From positions 1,472,001-1,536,000 of the forward strand of contig CAWJCS010000005.1 in assembly GCA_963841435.1 (NCBI GenBank): 64,000 bases of DNA, read 5' to 3'. The position numbers and the translations under genes are program-made. Below, piece after piece: positions 31,084-40,672 of the stretch (positions are counted from its first letter, which is position 1; each line of letters opens with the position of its first letter). Under the pieces are notes generated by a model. The model saw nothing but the letters and a program-made list of their open reading frames with translations. It made no database searches and had not been told where the DNA came from. This DNA is from an uncultured delta proteobacterium (lineage in GTDB: Bacteria > Myxococcota_A > Polyangia > Polyangiales > Polyangiaceae).

Positions 31084-32229
31084 ATGAAACCGGAAGAGGC
31101 ATTGGAAGAGACGAAACGCATCGCGACGACGATCGCGGGGCCTGCCGCTGGCGAGAACGACCGAGCGGCTCACTTTCCCGAGCAAGCGCTGCAGGCGCTC
31201 GGCGAGGCAAAACTACTCGGCATCGGCTGCCCGACCGAATATGGGGGCCTCGGCACCAACGTGCGCTCGTACTTCAATGTGGTGACCACCCTCGCAGAGG
31301 CGGATGCCTCAGCGGCCATGATCTACATGATGCACGTCTGCGGCACGCGTTGCATCGCCAGTGCGCCCAAGGGCGCCCACGTCAAGGCGGAGCTCGAAGC
31401 GATCGCTCGGGGCGAGCACCTGACGACGCTCGCGTTCAGCGAGCGTGGCTCGCGCAGCCACTTCTGGGCTCCCGTCTCGCGAGCCACCCGCACCCAGGGC
31501 GGCGTGCGGCTGACGGCCACCAAGTCGTGGGTCACGAGCGCCAACCATGCCCAGAGCTACGTGGTGTCCACCCTGGCGCCGGAGGGCAAGGGGCCGACCG
31601 ACTCGAACCTGTATCTGGTCGCGAGCAAGGCGCCTTCCGTCCGTGTTTCGGCGCCGTGGGACGGCCTGGGGCTGCGCGCCAACGACTCGGCGCCCGTCGA
31701 GCTCGAAGGCTGCGACGTTCTGGACGAAAAGCGCCTCACCGACGAGGGCACCGGTTTCAAGGCCATGCTCGAGGTCGTGTTGCCGATGTTCAATCTGGGG
31801 ACTGCGGGCGTGGCGCTCGGCCTCTGTCGTGCGGCCACGGCGAGCACGATCACGCACCTTCGCACCGCGCAGTTCGAGCACCTGGGCCAGACCCTGGGTG
31901 CAGCATTGCCGACACTCCGGGCGCTGCTCGCACAGATGCAGATCGCAACGGACGGGCTCGCTGCGCTGCTGAACGACGTCATGCAGCACATGGAGACGCC
32001 CAGCGACGCCACCATGCTGCGGATCCTCGAAGCCAAGGCGGCGGCCGCCGACACCGCGATCCGGGTCACGTCGGACGCCATGCACGCCTGCGGCGGGGCG
32101 GCGTTCTCGCGGCACACCAGCGTCGAACGCTTCTTCCGCGACGCCCACGCCGGCGCCGTGATGGCGCCGACGAGCGACGTATTGCGCGAGTTCATCGGCA
32201 AGGCCCTGCTCGGGATCCCGCTGTTTTGA
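31084..32229 (+). CDS. Acyl-CoA dehydrogenase family protein, FadE16/Rv1679-like
   Basis: AMIYMMH, TLAFSERGSRSHFWAPVS, KSWVTSA and ERFFRDA. Confidence 0.9.
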   Translation: MKPEEALEETKRIATTIAGPAAGENDRAAHFPEQALQALGEAKLLGIGCPTEYGGLGTNVRSYFNVVTTLAEADASAAMIYMMHVCGTRCIASAPKGAHVKAELEAIARGEHLTTLAFSERGSRSHFWAPVSRATRTQGGVRLTATKSWVTSANHAQSYVVSTLAPEGKGPTDSNLYLVASKAPSVRVSAPWDGLGLRANDSAPVELEGCDVLDEKRLTDEGTGFKAMLEVVLPMFNLGTAGVALGLCRAATASTITHLRTAQFEHLGQTLGAALPTLRALLAQMQIATDGLAALLNDVMQHMETPSDATMLRILEAKAAAADTAIRVTSDAMHACGGAAFSRHTSVERFFRDAHAGAVMAPTSDVLREFIGKALLGIPLF

Positions 32230-32264
32230 TGCGGCGAGCCGCCGAGATCGGCTAAGGAAGCGAC

Positions 32265-33077
32265 ATGGAACTACTCCTCGGTGCGGTCGCCTACGACCCC
32301 AAGGTCGTGACGATCTGGGAAGGTCTCCGCAGCTACTTCCGGGATGACGCTCGTCTCGACCTGGAGGTGGTCCTGTTTCTCTCGTACGAAGCGCAGGTCG
32401 AAGCGCTCCTCCAGTCGAAAATCGACATCGCGTGGAACACGAATCTGGCGTTCTTGCAGGCCACCGCCAAGAACGAGCAGTGCAAGCCGCTGGCGATGCG
32501 CGATACGGACATCGACTGGCGCACGTTGATCATCGCGCCCAAGGGCGGCGCGATCGGCAAATTGGAAGATCTGCGCGGCAAGCGCCTGGCGCTCGGAAGC
32601 CGCGACAGTGGTCACGCGGCGATCTTGCCCGTGCATTTCCTGGCCGAGCTGGGCATGAGCGAAGGTCGCGACTACGAGAGCGTGCGTTTCGATTCCGACG
32701 TCGGCAAGCACGGCGATACCGGCAAGAGTGAGCTCGAGGTGCTGCGCGCGGTGCTCGACGGCAGCGTCGCGGCGGGAGCCGTGGGTTCACCGTTCTACGC
32801 GGGGCTCGCCGAGCAGCGCATCACGCCCGAGGGCGCGCTAGAAGTGGTGTGGGAGTCTCCCTCCTATCACCACTGCATGTTCACGAGCCGCCCTGGGCTC
32901 GGGTCGGCGCAGGCGACGCGCTTCGCGCAGGCGCTGTTTGCGATGAGCTACGACAATCCGAAGCACCGCGAGATCCTCGACCTCGAGGGTCTCAAGCAGT
33001 GGGTCGAGCCCCGGCTCGAGGGCTACGCTTCGCTGAAGCGAGCGGGCGCCGAGCAGGGCTTCTTCCGAGGACACTGA
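32265..33077 (+). CDS. PhnD-fold SBP-like protein without signal peptide, Rv1680-like
   Basis: GAVAYDPKVV.IWEG, IAWNTNLA, D.GKHGDTG.SE and Y.HCMFT. Confidence 0.85.
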   Translation: MELLLGAVAYDPKVVTIWEGLRSYFRDDARLDLEVVLFLSYEAQVEALLQSKIDIAWNTNLAFLQATAKNEQCKPLAMRDTDIDWRTLIIAPKGGAIGKLEDLRGKRLALGSRDSGHAAILPVHFLAELGMSEGRDYESVRFDSDVGKHGDTGKSELEVLRAVLDGSVAAGAVGSPFYAGLAEQRITPEGALEVVWESPSYHHCMFTSRPGLGSAQATRFAQALFAMSYDNPKHREILDLEGLKQWVEPRLEGYASLKRAGAEQGFFRGH

Positions 33078-33088
33078 CGCGTCCGCGG

Positions 33089-34372
33089 TCACCGGCTGCG
33101 GCCGACGGAGCGCCGTCCGACGAGCGTCTTGCCCGTGCCACCCAGCCGCGTCGCCAGGGTGACCATCGAGAAGCCGTAGCGCTCTCGAATTTCGTCGACC
33201 ACGCCGTCGACGCGCTCGTGGCGGTCGAAGAGACAGAGCTGCTCGAAGACGCCGAGATTCGAAAGCTGCAGGCCGAGCAGCCGCACCGGCAGTGAGCGTG
33301 TCCGCGCCGCCGTCAGGAGCTCCTTGACGACCGGGTACAGCTCGAGCTCCGAGCTCGTGGGCGCGAGCGTGCGCGAGCGGCTCAGCGTATTGAAGTCGGC
33401 ATAGCGGAGCTTCAGCGTCACCGTGCGCGCCTTGATGCCACGACTGCGCGCCCGCCAGCAGACTCGCTCGCACAAGCCGCACAGCACCGATTCGATCGAA
33501 GCGGGGTCGGAAATGTCCTCGCGGAAGGTGCGCTCGTTGGAGATGCTGCCCGCCGTCTCGCCCTCGGGGTCGTGCTCGGCGAAGGCGGGGCGCTCGCGGC
33601 CCAGATCGCCCGGGCCTTGCCCGCTCGCGCCGCGGCGAATCGTCGCCGCCCAGGCGCCGAAGATCCGGACGAGCGCTTCGAAGGGGGCGTCGGCCACCGC
33701 GCCGAGCGTGGTGTAGCCGGCCGCGCAGAGCTTGCTCTCCGCCACGGGGCCGATGCCGGGTAACGCGCGCACCGGCAAGGGACCGAGCACGGCGCGCTCC
33801 ACGCCACCGGGAACGAGCATCATGCCGCGTGGCTTGGCAAGATTCGAGGCCACTTTGGCCATGCTCTTGCTCGTGGCCAGCCCGGCACTGGCGGGCAGCC
33901 CGAGCTCGTCCCAGATCGCCGCCGTCAGGTCCAGCACCGATCGCTCGATCGCTACGTCGTCGCTTTCATCGCCAGGCTGCCGGTACAAGCCTTCGCAGCC
34001 GCGGAGGTCGAGGAACATTTCGTCGATGCTGGCGACCAGCACGACCGGCGTGTAGCGGCGCGCCAGCGCACGGACGCGTTCGGCGAAGTCCGAGTAGATG
34101 TCGCCGCGCGTGGGAAGATAGACGGCGTGGGGAGCGAGCTTGCCGGCTTCGACGAGCGACATACCGGATTTGACGCCGAGCGCGCGCACCTCGTAGCTCG
34201 CAGCCGTGACCACGCCGCGACTGCCCGGCTGGCCGCCAACGACGACCGGCTTGCCCTCGAGCGACGGATCGAGCACGCGCTCGACGGACACGAAGAAGGT
34301 ATCCAGATCGAGGCAGCAAATGCGTGGCTGGGGCAGCGGCCCCAGGTGGGCGAGCTGATGCGCAGTGGGCAC
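33089..34372 (-). CDS. dinB: DNA polymerase IV
   Basis: DLDTFFVSVE, AASYEVR, SIDEMFLD, KPRG, SISNERTF and TLKLRYADF. Confidence 0.95.
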   Translation of the reverse strand: MPTAHQLAHLGPLPQPRICCLDLDTFFVSVERVLDPSLEGKPVVVGGQPGSRGVVTAASYEVRALGVKSGMSLVEAGKLAPHAVYLPTRGDIYSDFAERVRALARRYTPVVLVASIDEMFLDLRGCEGLYRQPGDESDDVAIERSVLDLTAAIWDELGLPASAGLATSKSMAKVASNLAKPRGMMLVPGGVERAVLGPLPVRALPGIGPVAESKLCAAGYTTLGAVADAPFEALVRIFGAWAATIRRGASGQGPGDLGRERPAFAEHDPEGETAGSISNERTFREDISDPASIESVLCGLCERVCWRARSRGIKARTVTLKLRYADFNTLSRSRTLAPTSSELELYPVVKELLTAARTRSLPVRLLGLQLSNLGVFEQLCLFDRHERVDGVVDEIRERYGFSMVTLATRLGGTGKTLVGRRSVGRSR

Positions 34373-34391
34373 GGGAGCTCACGAGAGTAGA

Positions 34392-34409
34392 CCTGAACCC
34401 CTGTTCAGG
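34392..34409. promoter_or_regulatory. Putative LexA (SOS) box upstream of dinB
   Basis: Palindrome CCTGAAC-CCCT-GTTCAGG; one mismatch to the recalled Myxococcus consensus CTRHAMRYBYGTTCAGS. Confidence 0.8.
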
Positions 34410-34496
34410 CTAGAGCCACGTAAGCCACGGACATTGGAAAGAATTCCTGGCGGCTTCCCCTGCCGAAAAGCGAACCGCGTCCCGGCACGCCGCGCG

Positions 34497-35204
34497 CTAG
34501 CCGCCGGCATGGCGGCCGAGGCGGATCGCAAGGGCGTGACGGCCCACGCAGCTCACGATCTTGAACGCCGCTCGCGCGCTGCCGCCGAGCGTTCCCGAGA
34601 CCTTCGACTCACCTCCGGCGCGGCGGCGCCAGTGCACGTCAACCTCACGCCGCCGCAGCTCTTGCTGGTGCGCCTTGAGCAAGAGCTCGATGGTGAACCC
34701 GTGACCCGTGTCGCGCACGTCGAGGCGGTCGAGCGCCGCGCGCGTGATGGCCTTCTGCGGGGGCATGTCGTGGTAGTCGGCGCCGAGCGTCCAGCGCATG
34801 AAGAGCGGCGCCAGCAGATTGCCCACGCGCTGCACCGCGCTCATGCTCCCGGGCTCCATCAAGCGCGCCGCGCGCACCCCGAGCACAAGGTCCGCTTGTC
34901 CGGTCACCACGGGTGAGAGCACACTCGGGAGATCGCTCGGATCGTCGCTGCCGTCAGCGTCGAGGAACACCAGCACCGTCGCACCGAGCTGCCGCGCCCG
35001 CGCGACTCCCGCGAGGCAGGCGCTACCGTAGCCGCGGCGGGCCTCCCGCACGACGTCGGCGCCGGCCTCGGCGGCTCGCTCCGCGGTGCGATCGGCGCTG
35101 CCGTTGTCCACGACGATCACCCGGTCCACGAACGGCCGGACACCGTGGACCACGGTCGCAATGACCGCCTCTTCGTCGAGCGCCGGTAGGATCGCGGCGA
35201 TCAT
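34497..35204 (-). CDS. GT2 glycosyltransferase (DPM1-like)
   Basis: PALDEE, VVDNGSADRT, GYGSAC and FLDADGSD. Confidence 0.9.
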   Translation of the reverse strand: MIAAILPALDEEAVIATVVHGVRPFVDRVIVVDNGSADRTAERAAEAGADVVREARRGYGSACLAGVARARQLGATVLVFLDADGSDDPSDLPSVLSPVVTGQADLVLGVRAARLMEPGSMSAVQRVGNLLAPLFMRWTLGADYHDMPPQKAITRAALDRLDVRDTGHGFTIELLLKAHQQELRRREVDVHWRRRAGGESKVSGTLGGSARAAFKIVSCVGRHALAIRLGRHAGG

Positions 35205-35860
35205 CGCAAGTCGAGCACCACTCGCGTGCGCGGACCCAGGCACGGGTCACGCGCGAGATCGCGGGAGAGCTCGTCGAGGTCCGGTACCTCGTCCACGTCG
35301 CAGCGGGCCGGCAGCTCGCGAACGGACAGGCCGAGCGCGGCGCACCGCTCTCGCGTCTTGTCCGCGACGCTGCTGGTGCTCCAAGGGATGTCCTCGAACA
35401 CCCCGAAGTCGCAGCGGGCGACGCCGATCAGGTAGTAGCCACCGTCGGTGCACGGTCCCAAAAGCAGCTGGCTCGGGTCGTCCCAGTCGCGGAGCGCCTC
35501 GCCGATTGCGTCGAACGGCGCCGTCGGCGAGTCGCTGCTCACGAGGATCGCGCGGCCGTCGCCGAGCACGGCTCGAGCGCGGACCAGCCGAGCGCCAAGA
35601 TCCGGGCCCATTTGCGGCTCGACGGACCAGCCCCGCGGCGAAAGGGCGCGGAGCGCCGCGACGCCATCGTTTTCGGGCGCGGCAAACAGCACGCGCGCCG
35701 CGAACGGCAGACGCGCATAGCCCTCGAGCGTGTCGAGCAACATCGCGCGATAGAGGTCCGCAGCTCTTACTGCGCCGAGCGAGCGCGCGAGGCGCGTCTT
35801 GCAAGCGCCGGGAATCGGGGCGCGCGCCATGACGCCGACCTTCGCGCCGTTCTCGAGCAT
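35201..35860 (-). CDS. DUF2064/TIGR04282 family (CofC-like) transferase
   Basis: ARAP.PG.CKTRL, Q.G.DLG.RL, SDSP, LGP..DGGYYLIG, IPWST and DVDE..DL. Confidence 0.88.
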   Translation of the reverse strand: MLENGAKVGVMARAPIPGACKTRLARSLGAVRAADLYRAMLLDTLEGYARLPFAARVLFAAPENDGVAALRALSPRGWSVEPQMGPDLGARLVRARAVLGDGRAILVSSDSPTAPFDAIGEALRDWDDPSQLLLGPCTDGGYYLIGVARCDFGVFEDIPWSTSSVADKTRERCAALGLSVRELPARCDVDEVPDLDELSRDLARDPCLGPRTRVVLDLR

Positions 35861-35867
35861 GCCGCGC

Positions 35868-36899
35868 TCACGCACAGTGGAACACCTTGAACATGCGCTG
35901 CCTGAGGGCGTGCTCCCGCTCGAACTCGCGCCGGAGGGCCGAAAGCGCGTTGGAAAGCGGTAGCGGCTCGCGGGTGACGAACAGGTCACGGTCCTCGGCG
36001 CCGACCGGGTGCCAAAACACTCCCTGGGCCGTGACGGTGAGCTCCGGCGCGAGATCCGCGCGCGATAGCACGATCCCCTGCTCGGCCGAGCCGCGGCGGG
36101 CCACGGGTCGGACGACGCGGTCCTCCTCTGCCACCTCCTGGCGATCGAGGAACGCGTGCATGGCTCTGGCGCTCGCGTCGCCCTCGACCGTCGCCGCCCA
36201 ACGTACTCGAAACCCGGCGCCCCGCGCTGCCCGGATCCCCCGCAGCGCCTTGTCCCAGCTGCCCTTTCCGCGATGGGTGTCGTGAAGCTCGGCCTCTGGG
36301 CTGTCGATGCTGATCTGAAACCGAAGGCGCTGTCGATCCAGGCCTTCGAGCTCCCGCAAGCGCTTGCCGAGCAGCAGGATGCCATTGGTGAGCACGGTGG
36401 TGGGCAGCGCTTCGCTGCAGATCGCCAAGAGCTCGGCGATGTACGGCAAGAGCAGCGGCTCGCCTCCAGTGACGAACAGCTCCTTCACGCCGAGGCCCGG
36501 CGCCTCACGAGCGAGCTCGCGAACCGTGTCGAGGCCGAGAGCGCGGCGCTCCGCCCGCGGCGACGAGCGCACGCAGCAGTAGTCGCAGGCAAGATTGCAG
36601 TCGAAATTGGTATAGAGCCAGAGCCGTTCCCCCAGCGCGACGGGCTCCTCGGAGGGCGCCGGCCCCTTGCGCAGCACGTAGCGCGTCCCTGCGGGCTCTT
36701 CGGAGGCCTCGACGATCGAGTTTTCGGTCAGCCTCGCCCATTGGTCGAGGCCCTCGGCGACGCCGAGGTCTCTCGAGACCAGCGCGAAGAGCTCTCCCGG
36801 ACCGAGCGAACGGAGCGCCTCCTGCAGGGTCAAGAGCAGCCCGTCGGCGAAGGTTCGTTCGACGATCCCCAAGTCGAGCTGGGCGGTCAGCTTGGCCAT
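35868..36899 (-). CDS. moeX: Radical SAM protein with TusA-like N-terminus, Rv1681/MoeX-like
   Basis: RLWLYTNFDCNLACDYCCV (CxxxCxxC), TGGEP, PELTVTAQGVFWHPV and C-terminal FHCA. Confidence 0.85.
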   Translation of the reverse strand: MAKLTAQLDLGIVERTFADGLLLTLQEALRSLGPGELFALVSRDLGVAEGLDQWARLTENSIVEASEEPAGTRYVLRKGPAPSEEPVALGERLWLYTNFDCNLACDYCCVRSSPRAERRALGLDTVRELAREAPGLGVKELFVTGGEPLLLPYIAELLAICSEALPTTVLTNGILLLGKRLRELEGLDRQRLRFQISIDSPEAELHDTHRGKGSWDKALRGIRAARGAGFRVRWAATVEGDASARAMHAFLDRQEVAEEDRVVRPVARRGSAEQGIVLSRADLAPELTVTAQGVFWHPVGAEDRDLFVTREPLPLSNALSALRREFEREHALRQRMFKVFHCA

Positions 36900-36903
36900 G
36901 AGC

Positions 36904-38043
36904 TCAGCGGATCACGCCGCGGGCGCGCAGCTCCTGGTTGGCACGGTCCGAGCGATCGTCGGGGCGTTGCCGCGCGGCCCAGGCCGCGAGCTCGGCGATA
37001 CCCGTCTCGAGGTCGACCCGCGGTTGCCAGCCGAGCACGCCCTTGGCGCGGGAGATGTCCGCAAAACAGTGGCGAATGTCGCCGACACGGTATTCGTTGC
37101 TGAGCTCGGGAGCGAGCGGACTCTCGAGCGCCGAAACCAGCAAGCGCGCGAGGGCGAGGATCGTGACCGCGCGTCCAGAGCCGACGTTGAACGCCTGAAA
37201 GTCGGCCTCGGGCCCTGCGTCGGCCGCCGCGATGGTGGCGGCCGCAACGTCGCTCACGTGCACGAAGTCGCGCAGCTGGGCGCCGTCCTCGAACACCGCG
37301 GGACGGCGCCCGTTGAGCACGCGAGCAGCCCAGATGGCGGCGACCCCGGTGTAGGGATTTCCCAGCGCTTGACGCGACCCAAAGGTGCAAAGGTAGCGAA
37401 GCGCCACGGTGGGCAAGTCGTTGGCGCGGCCGACTACCAGGCATAGTTCCTCCTGATCGCGCTTGCTGATCCCGTACACGCTGTTCGGCCGGAGCGAGCG
37501 CGCTTCGGAGATGGGCAGCGGATCCGCCGTGCGGCCGCATTCGGGACAGGTCGGCTCCCAATGGTGCTCGGCGAGCCTTTCGGCGGAGCGCTCCGCGCTC
37601 ACGAGCTCCCCGTGCTCGGGACAGCAGTAGGCGCCATCGCCGTACACGACCATCGACGACGCGACGACCAAGCGCCGAACGTGCTTCCGCCGAACGACCA
37701 GCTGCTCGAGCAACGTGGCGGTCCCCACGCTGTTTGCGTCCACGTAGCGACGTACCTCGATCATCGACTGACCGTTCCCGACCATCCCGCCGAGGTGGTA
37801 GACGACATCGACGCCGTCGAGAGAGCGGGCGACCGCGTCGGCATCTCGGAGGTCCCCCACGACGAGCTCGGCGTCCTTCGACAGGTGGGGAGCCGTGCCG
37901 TCGGGGTGCGCCTGCAGATCGAGATTGTCGAGAACGCGCACCGCGTCGCCGCGCGCGAGCAACGCGTCCACGAGGTGCGAGCCGATGAAGCCGGCGCCTC
38001 CCGTCACCAGGGCGCGCTCGCCTGCTCTGCGTGTAAAAGCCAT
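36904..38043 (-). CDS. NAD-dependent epimerase/dehydratase with Cys/His insertion
   Basis: TGGAGFIGS, YGISK and RDFVHV; CPEH...CPEC insert. Confidence 0.9.
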   Translation of the reverse strand: MAFTRRAGERALVTGGAGFIGSHLVDALLARGDAVRVLDNLDLQAHPDGTAPHLSKDAELVVGDLRDADAVARSLDGVDVVYHLGGMVGNGQSMIEVRRYVDANSVGTATLLEQLVVRRKHVRRLVVASSMVVYGDGAYCCPEHGELVSAERSAERLAEHHWEPTCPECGRTADPLPISEARSLRPNSVYGISKRDQEELCLVVGRANDLPTVALRYLCTFGSRQALGNPYTGVAAIWAARVLNGRRPAVFEDGAQLRDFVHVSDVAAATIAAADAGPEADFQAFNVGSGRAVTILALARLLVSALESPLAPELSNEYRVGDIRHCFADISRAKGVLGWQPRVDLETGIAELAAWAARQRPDDRSDRANQELRARGVIR

Positions 38044-38188
38044 GCCGCCAGGGGTCGGGTACGGTGTGGAGTGGGGAGCGGTTACGATACAGCTCGTCCC
38101 ACCCTCGCGGGCTCCCGCGGCTTCCTCCGCGCCCGTGGGCTGACGAGGCGCACTCGGCTTCGAGGCCGGGACCCACTAGACTCGCCGG

Positions 38189-38974
38189 GTGCAGCTTGGC
38201 CCCACCCTCGGCCGCATCTTGTCGAACCTGGTGCTCCCCGGCTCCGTGGCGGTGTGTCTGGTCGCGGGGTTGCCTTCGGTGGCCCACGCCGAGGGTGGGG
38301 CAGCGCCGAGCTGGTGCGCCCCCGAGCTCGACGTGCTGTCCGGCGACGTGTGTCTCGCCACCCCCGAGCGGCCGAGCGAGCCGAAGACGGTGGTGCTCTT
38401 TCTCCACAGCCTGGTGTCACGGAACACGAGCGTCCAATGGGAGCAGCAGCGCACCATCGCGCGTGCCGCCCGCGGGCACGGGATGGCCGCGCTCATGCCG
38501 CGCGGCCGGCTGGGGCTCGGCCCGGGCGGCGCGCCGGACGTCTGGGCGTGGCCGACGGCCGAGCGCACCGAGCGAGCGGTCGAGGCCGAGCTCGTCGCCG
38601 AATGGACGCGCGCGCGGGAGCAAGCGGAAGAGCGGCTCGGACGGTTCGAGCGCGTCTTCGTGTTCGGCTTCTCGAGCGGCGCGTATTACGCGGCGTCACT
38701 CGCTTTGCGCAATCGCATCGGTGCCGACGGCTTCGGCATCATCGCGGGCGGCTCCGGCGCGAAGTGGAAGGCGCGTCTGGCTCGCACGGTCGAGCACCGT
38801 GCGCCCATCTTCATCGGCTACGGCACCAAGGATCCGGCGCGCGCGGACCCTCGCGGCCTCGCGCGGCTCCTGCACAAGCTCGCCTGGCCACACCGGCTCG
38901 AAGCCAAACCCGTCGGCCACACGGTGACGAACGCGCTACTCGATGACGCGTTCGCGTACCTGACGAAGCGTTGA
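38189..38974 (+). CDS. Secreted alpha/beta hydrolase
   Basis: Signal ending AHA; GFSSG, G.KD and GH. Confidence 0.75.
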   Translation: MQLGPTLGRILSNLVLPGSVAVCLVAGLPSVAHAEGGAAPSWCAPELDVLSGDVCLATPERPSEPKTVVLFLHSLVSRNTSVQWEQQRTIARAARGHGMAALMPRGRLGLGPGGAPDVWAWPTAERTERAVEAELVAEWTRAREQAEERLGRFERVFVFGFSSGAYYAASLALRNRIGADGFGIIAGGSGAKWKARLARTVEHRAPIFIGYGTKDPARADPRGLARLLHKLAWPHRLEAKPVGHTVTNALLDDAFAYLTKR

Positions 38975-39219
38975 GCTCGGTGGGTCGCTGTACTTCGTCG
39001 GGCAAATGAAGGCACCGAGCGACTGTGCCGGCAGATGCTGGAAACGCCGGTGCGCTTGACGACGACGTTCTCCGGGGGGCCGGCAGGCCGGAGTCGGGCG
39101 GGCCAGGGCGGGCCGGGCGGGCTCACCTACCTGCCCCCCGCCGCCGTGCATCGTTTGCACGCCCTCTGCGCGGGCCGCATGATCGCATGCTCCCAATGCA
39201 CGAGGTGCCGGCCCCATCC

Positions 39220-40542
39220 ATGACGCGTTCGCCCAACGGGTTCGTTCGACTGACGTGTTGCGTCGCGCTCCTTGCAGCGCTCGGGGGCTGCGGTGGAACG
39301 TCAACCAGCGGGACCACGCTGGGACCGCCCGACGCCGTGCTGTGGGCGGAGGCGACCTCGGGTCCGGTCGAGCTCCGCGGCGTCTACCAGGGGCACACGG
39401 GGACGATCCCGTTCGGTTTCGCGAACGGTAGCTACGTGGTCTCTCCCGATCGCCGTCACGTCTTTCTGCGCAACGACGACGGTTCCTCCATCGTGGACGT
39501 TGACGGCACGGAGCACCCCTTGGAGCAGACGTACTGGCTCGCCTGGTCCCCAGACGGAAAGCGCCTCGCCATGGTGAATGACGGCTCGCCCGTGGTCGCG
39601 GACGACGACGGAACCAATCCCGTGGGTGTTCCCTTCGACGCCCAGGCCCCCACCACCGCGATCACGTGGTCTCCGAACGGAGCCACCGTCGCCTTCGGCA
39701 TCGATCAAACCCTCGTGCTCTCGCCCGCGGACGGAACCACCGCCATCGTGGCCTCGACTGGCCCGCCGACGGCGCCCGAAAGCGACGTGCGCTGGACCCT
39801 CCAACCGAGCTTTTCTCCGGACGGGTCCACGCTCGCCGTGGTCTCGTCGGAGGGGACGCTGACCTTCGTGGACGCTGAGGGCACGGTCACTGCGTCGGTC
39901 CTCGGTGCCACGACTCCGACCTTCGGTTGGTCCGCCGACGGCGCATGGCTCGCCGTGAGGACGGCCAACGGCGCCTGCGTCGTCGCCAATCCTGACGGGC
40001 GGACGCTGGTCGTGCTTCCGGCGAACTGTGTCTCGGCGGCCTGGTCGCCCGTGGACGTCCGACTTGCCGTCAACGATTTCGGCGGCATGGGGCTCGGCAC
40101 GTTGGGCGTCTGGTCCCCAGGTGACGACGCTCCAGTCGCGCTCGCGGACAATCCCGTAGAGTCAACGCACGCCTGGTCGCCGGATGGTTCGATCCTCTCT
40201 TTTGTGTCACGCGACGGTGGCGTCGTGCTCATCGACGCCAGCGACGGTACCGAGATCGCGCGGGCGACGGCACGAGAGCTCGCGTGGAACTCGACGGGGT
40301 CGCGGTTGTTCTTCGTGTCCGACCAGGACGAGGTCGTGACGGCAGATGGGCGCGGTGCCTCGCAGCTGTCCATTGCGGGCGACGCGCGCGGCGTCACGTG
40401 GTTACCGGATGGGGAGCATCTCGCCGTCGCTGCGTCGCGCGAGGTGTTCACGGTGGGGGCCAATGGGGAAGGCCGAGTGATGGTCTCGGAGATCCCCGCG
40501 GGAATCGCGGCGGTTGGCTGGGCCGAGCCGCAGTCGCCCTGA
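39220..40542 (+). CDS. TolB/WD40-like beta-propeller lipoprotein
   Basis: Lipobox LGGC; many WSPDG repeats. Confidence 0.85.
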   Translation: MTRSPNGFVRLTCCVALLAALGGCGGTSTSGTTLGPPDAVLWAEATSGPVELRGVYQGHTGTIPFGFANGSYVVSPDRRHVFLRNDDGSSIVDVDGTEHPLEQTYWLAWSPDGKRLAMVNDGSPVVADDDGTNPVGVPFDAQAPTTAITWSPNGATVAFGIDQTLVLSPADGTTAIVASTGPPTAPESDVRWTLQPSFSPDGSTLAVVSSEGTLTFVDAEGTVTASVLGATTPTFGWSADGAWLAVRTANGACVVANPDGRTLVVLPANCVSAAWSPVDVRLAVNDFGGMGLGTLGVWSPGDDAPVALADNPVESTHAWSPDGSILSFVSRDGGVVLIDASDGTEIARATARELAWNSTGSRLFFVSDQDEVVTADGRGASQLSIAGDARGVTWLPDGEHLAVAASREVFTVGANGEGRVMVSEIPAGIAAVGWAEPQSP

Positions 40543-40672
40543 TCGGCGCGCTCCCGTCGCTTCGAGCGGCGGCGTCCGCGCCGGCGCGGCCAGGCCCGGT
40601 GTTCCGGCCGCGAAGGGGCGCTCCGAATCGTCCCTACACTCGGTCATCACCCGCGAGTAAGCTCCCGCCCGA

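Noticed and set aside
29151-31121. 656-aa ORF as one protein
   Set aside because: Its 5' part is an Arg-rich shadow of the barrel gene; the real gene starts at ATG 29678
35868-35870. Selenocysteine read-through at the radical SAM TGA
   Set aside because: The recalled MoeX homologue ends at the same F-x-C-A, the next gene is out of frame, and no SECIS is evident
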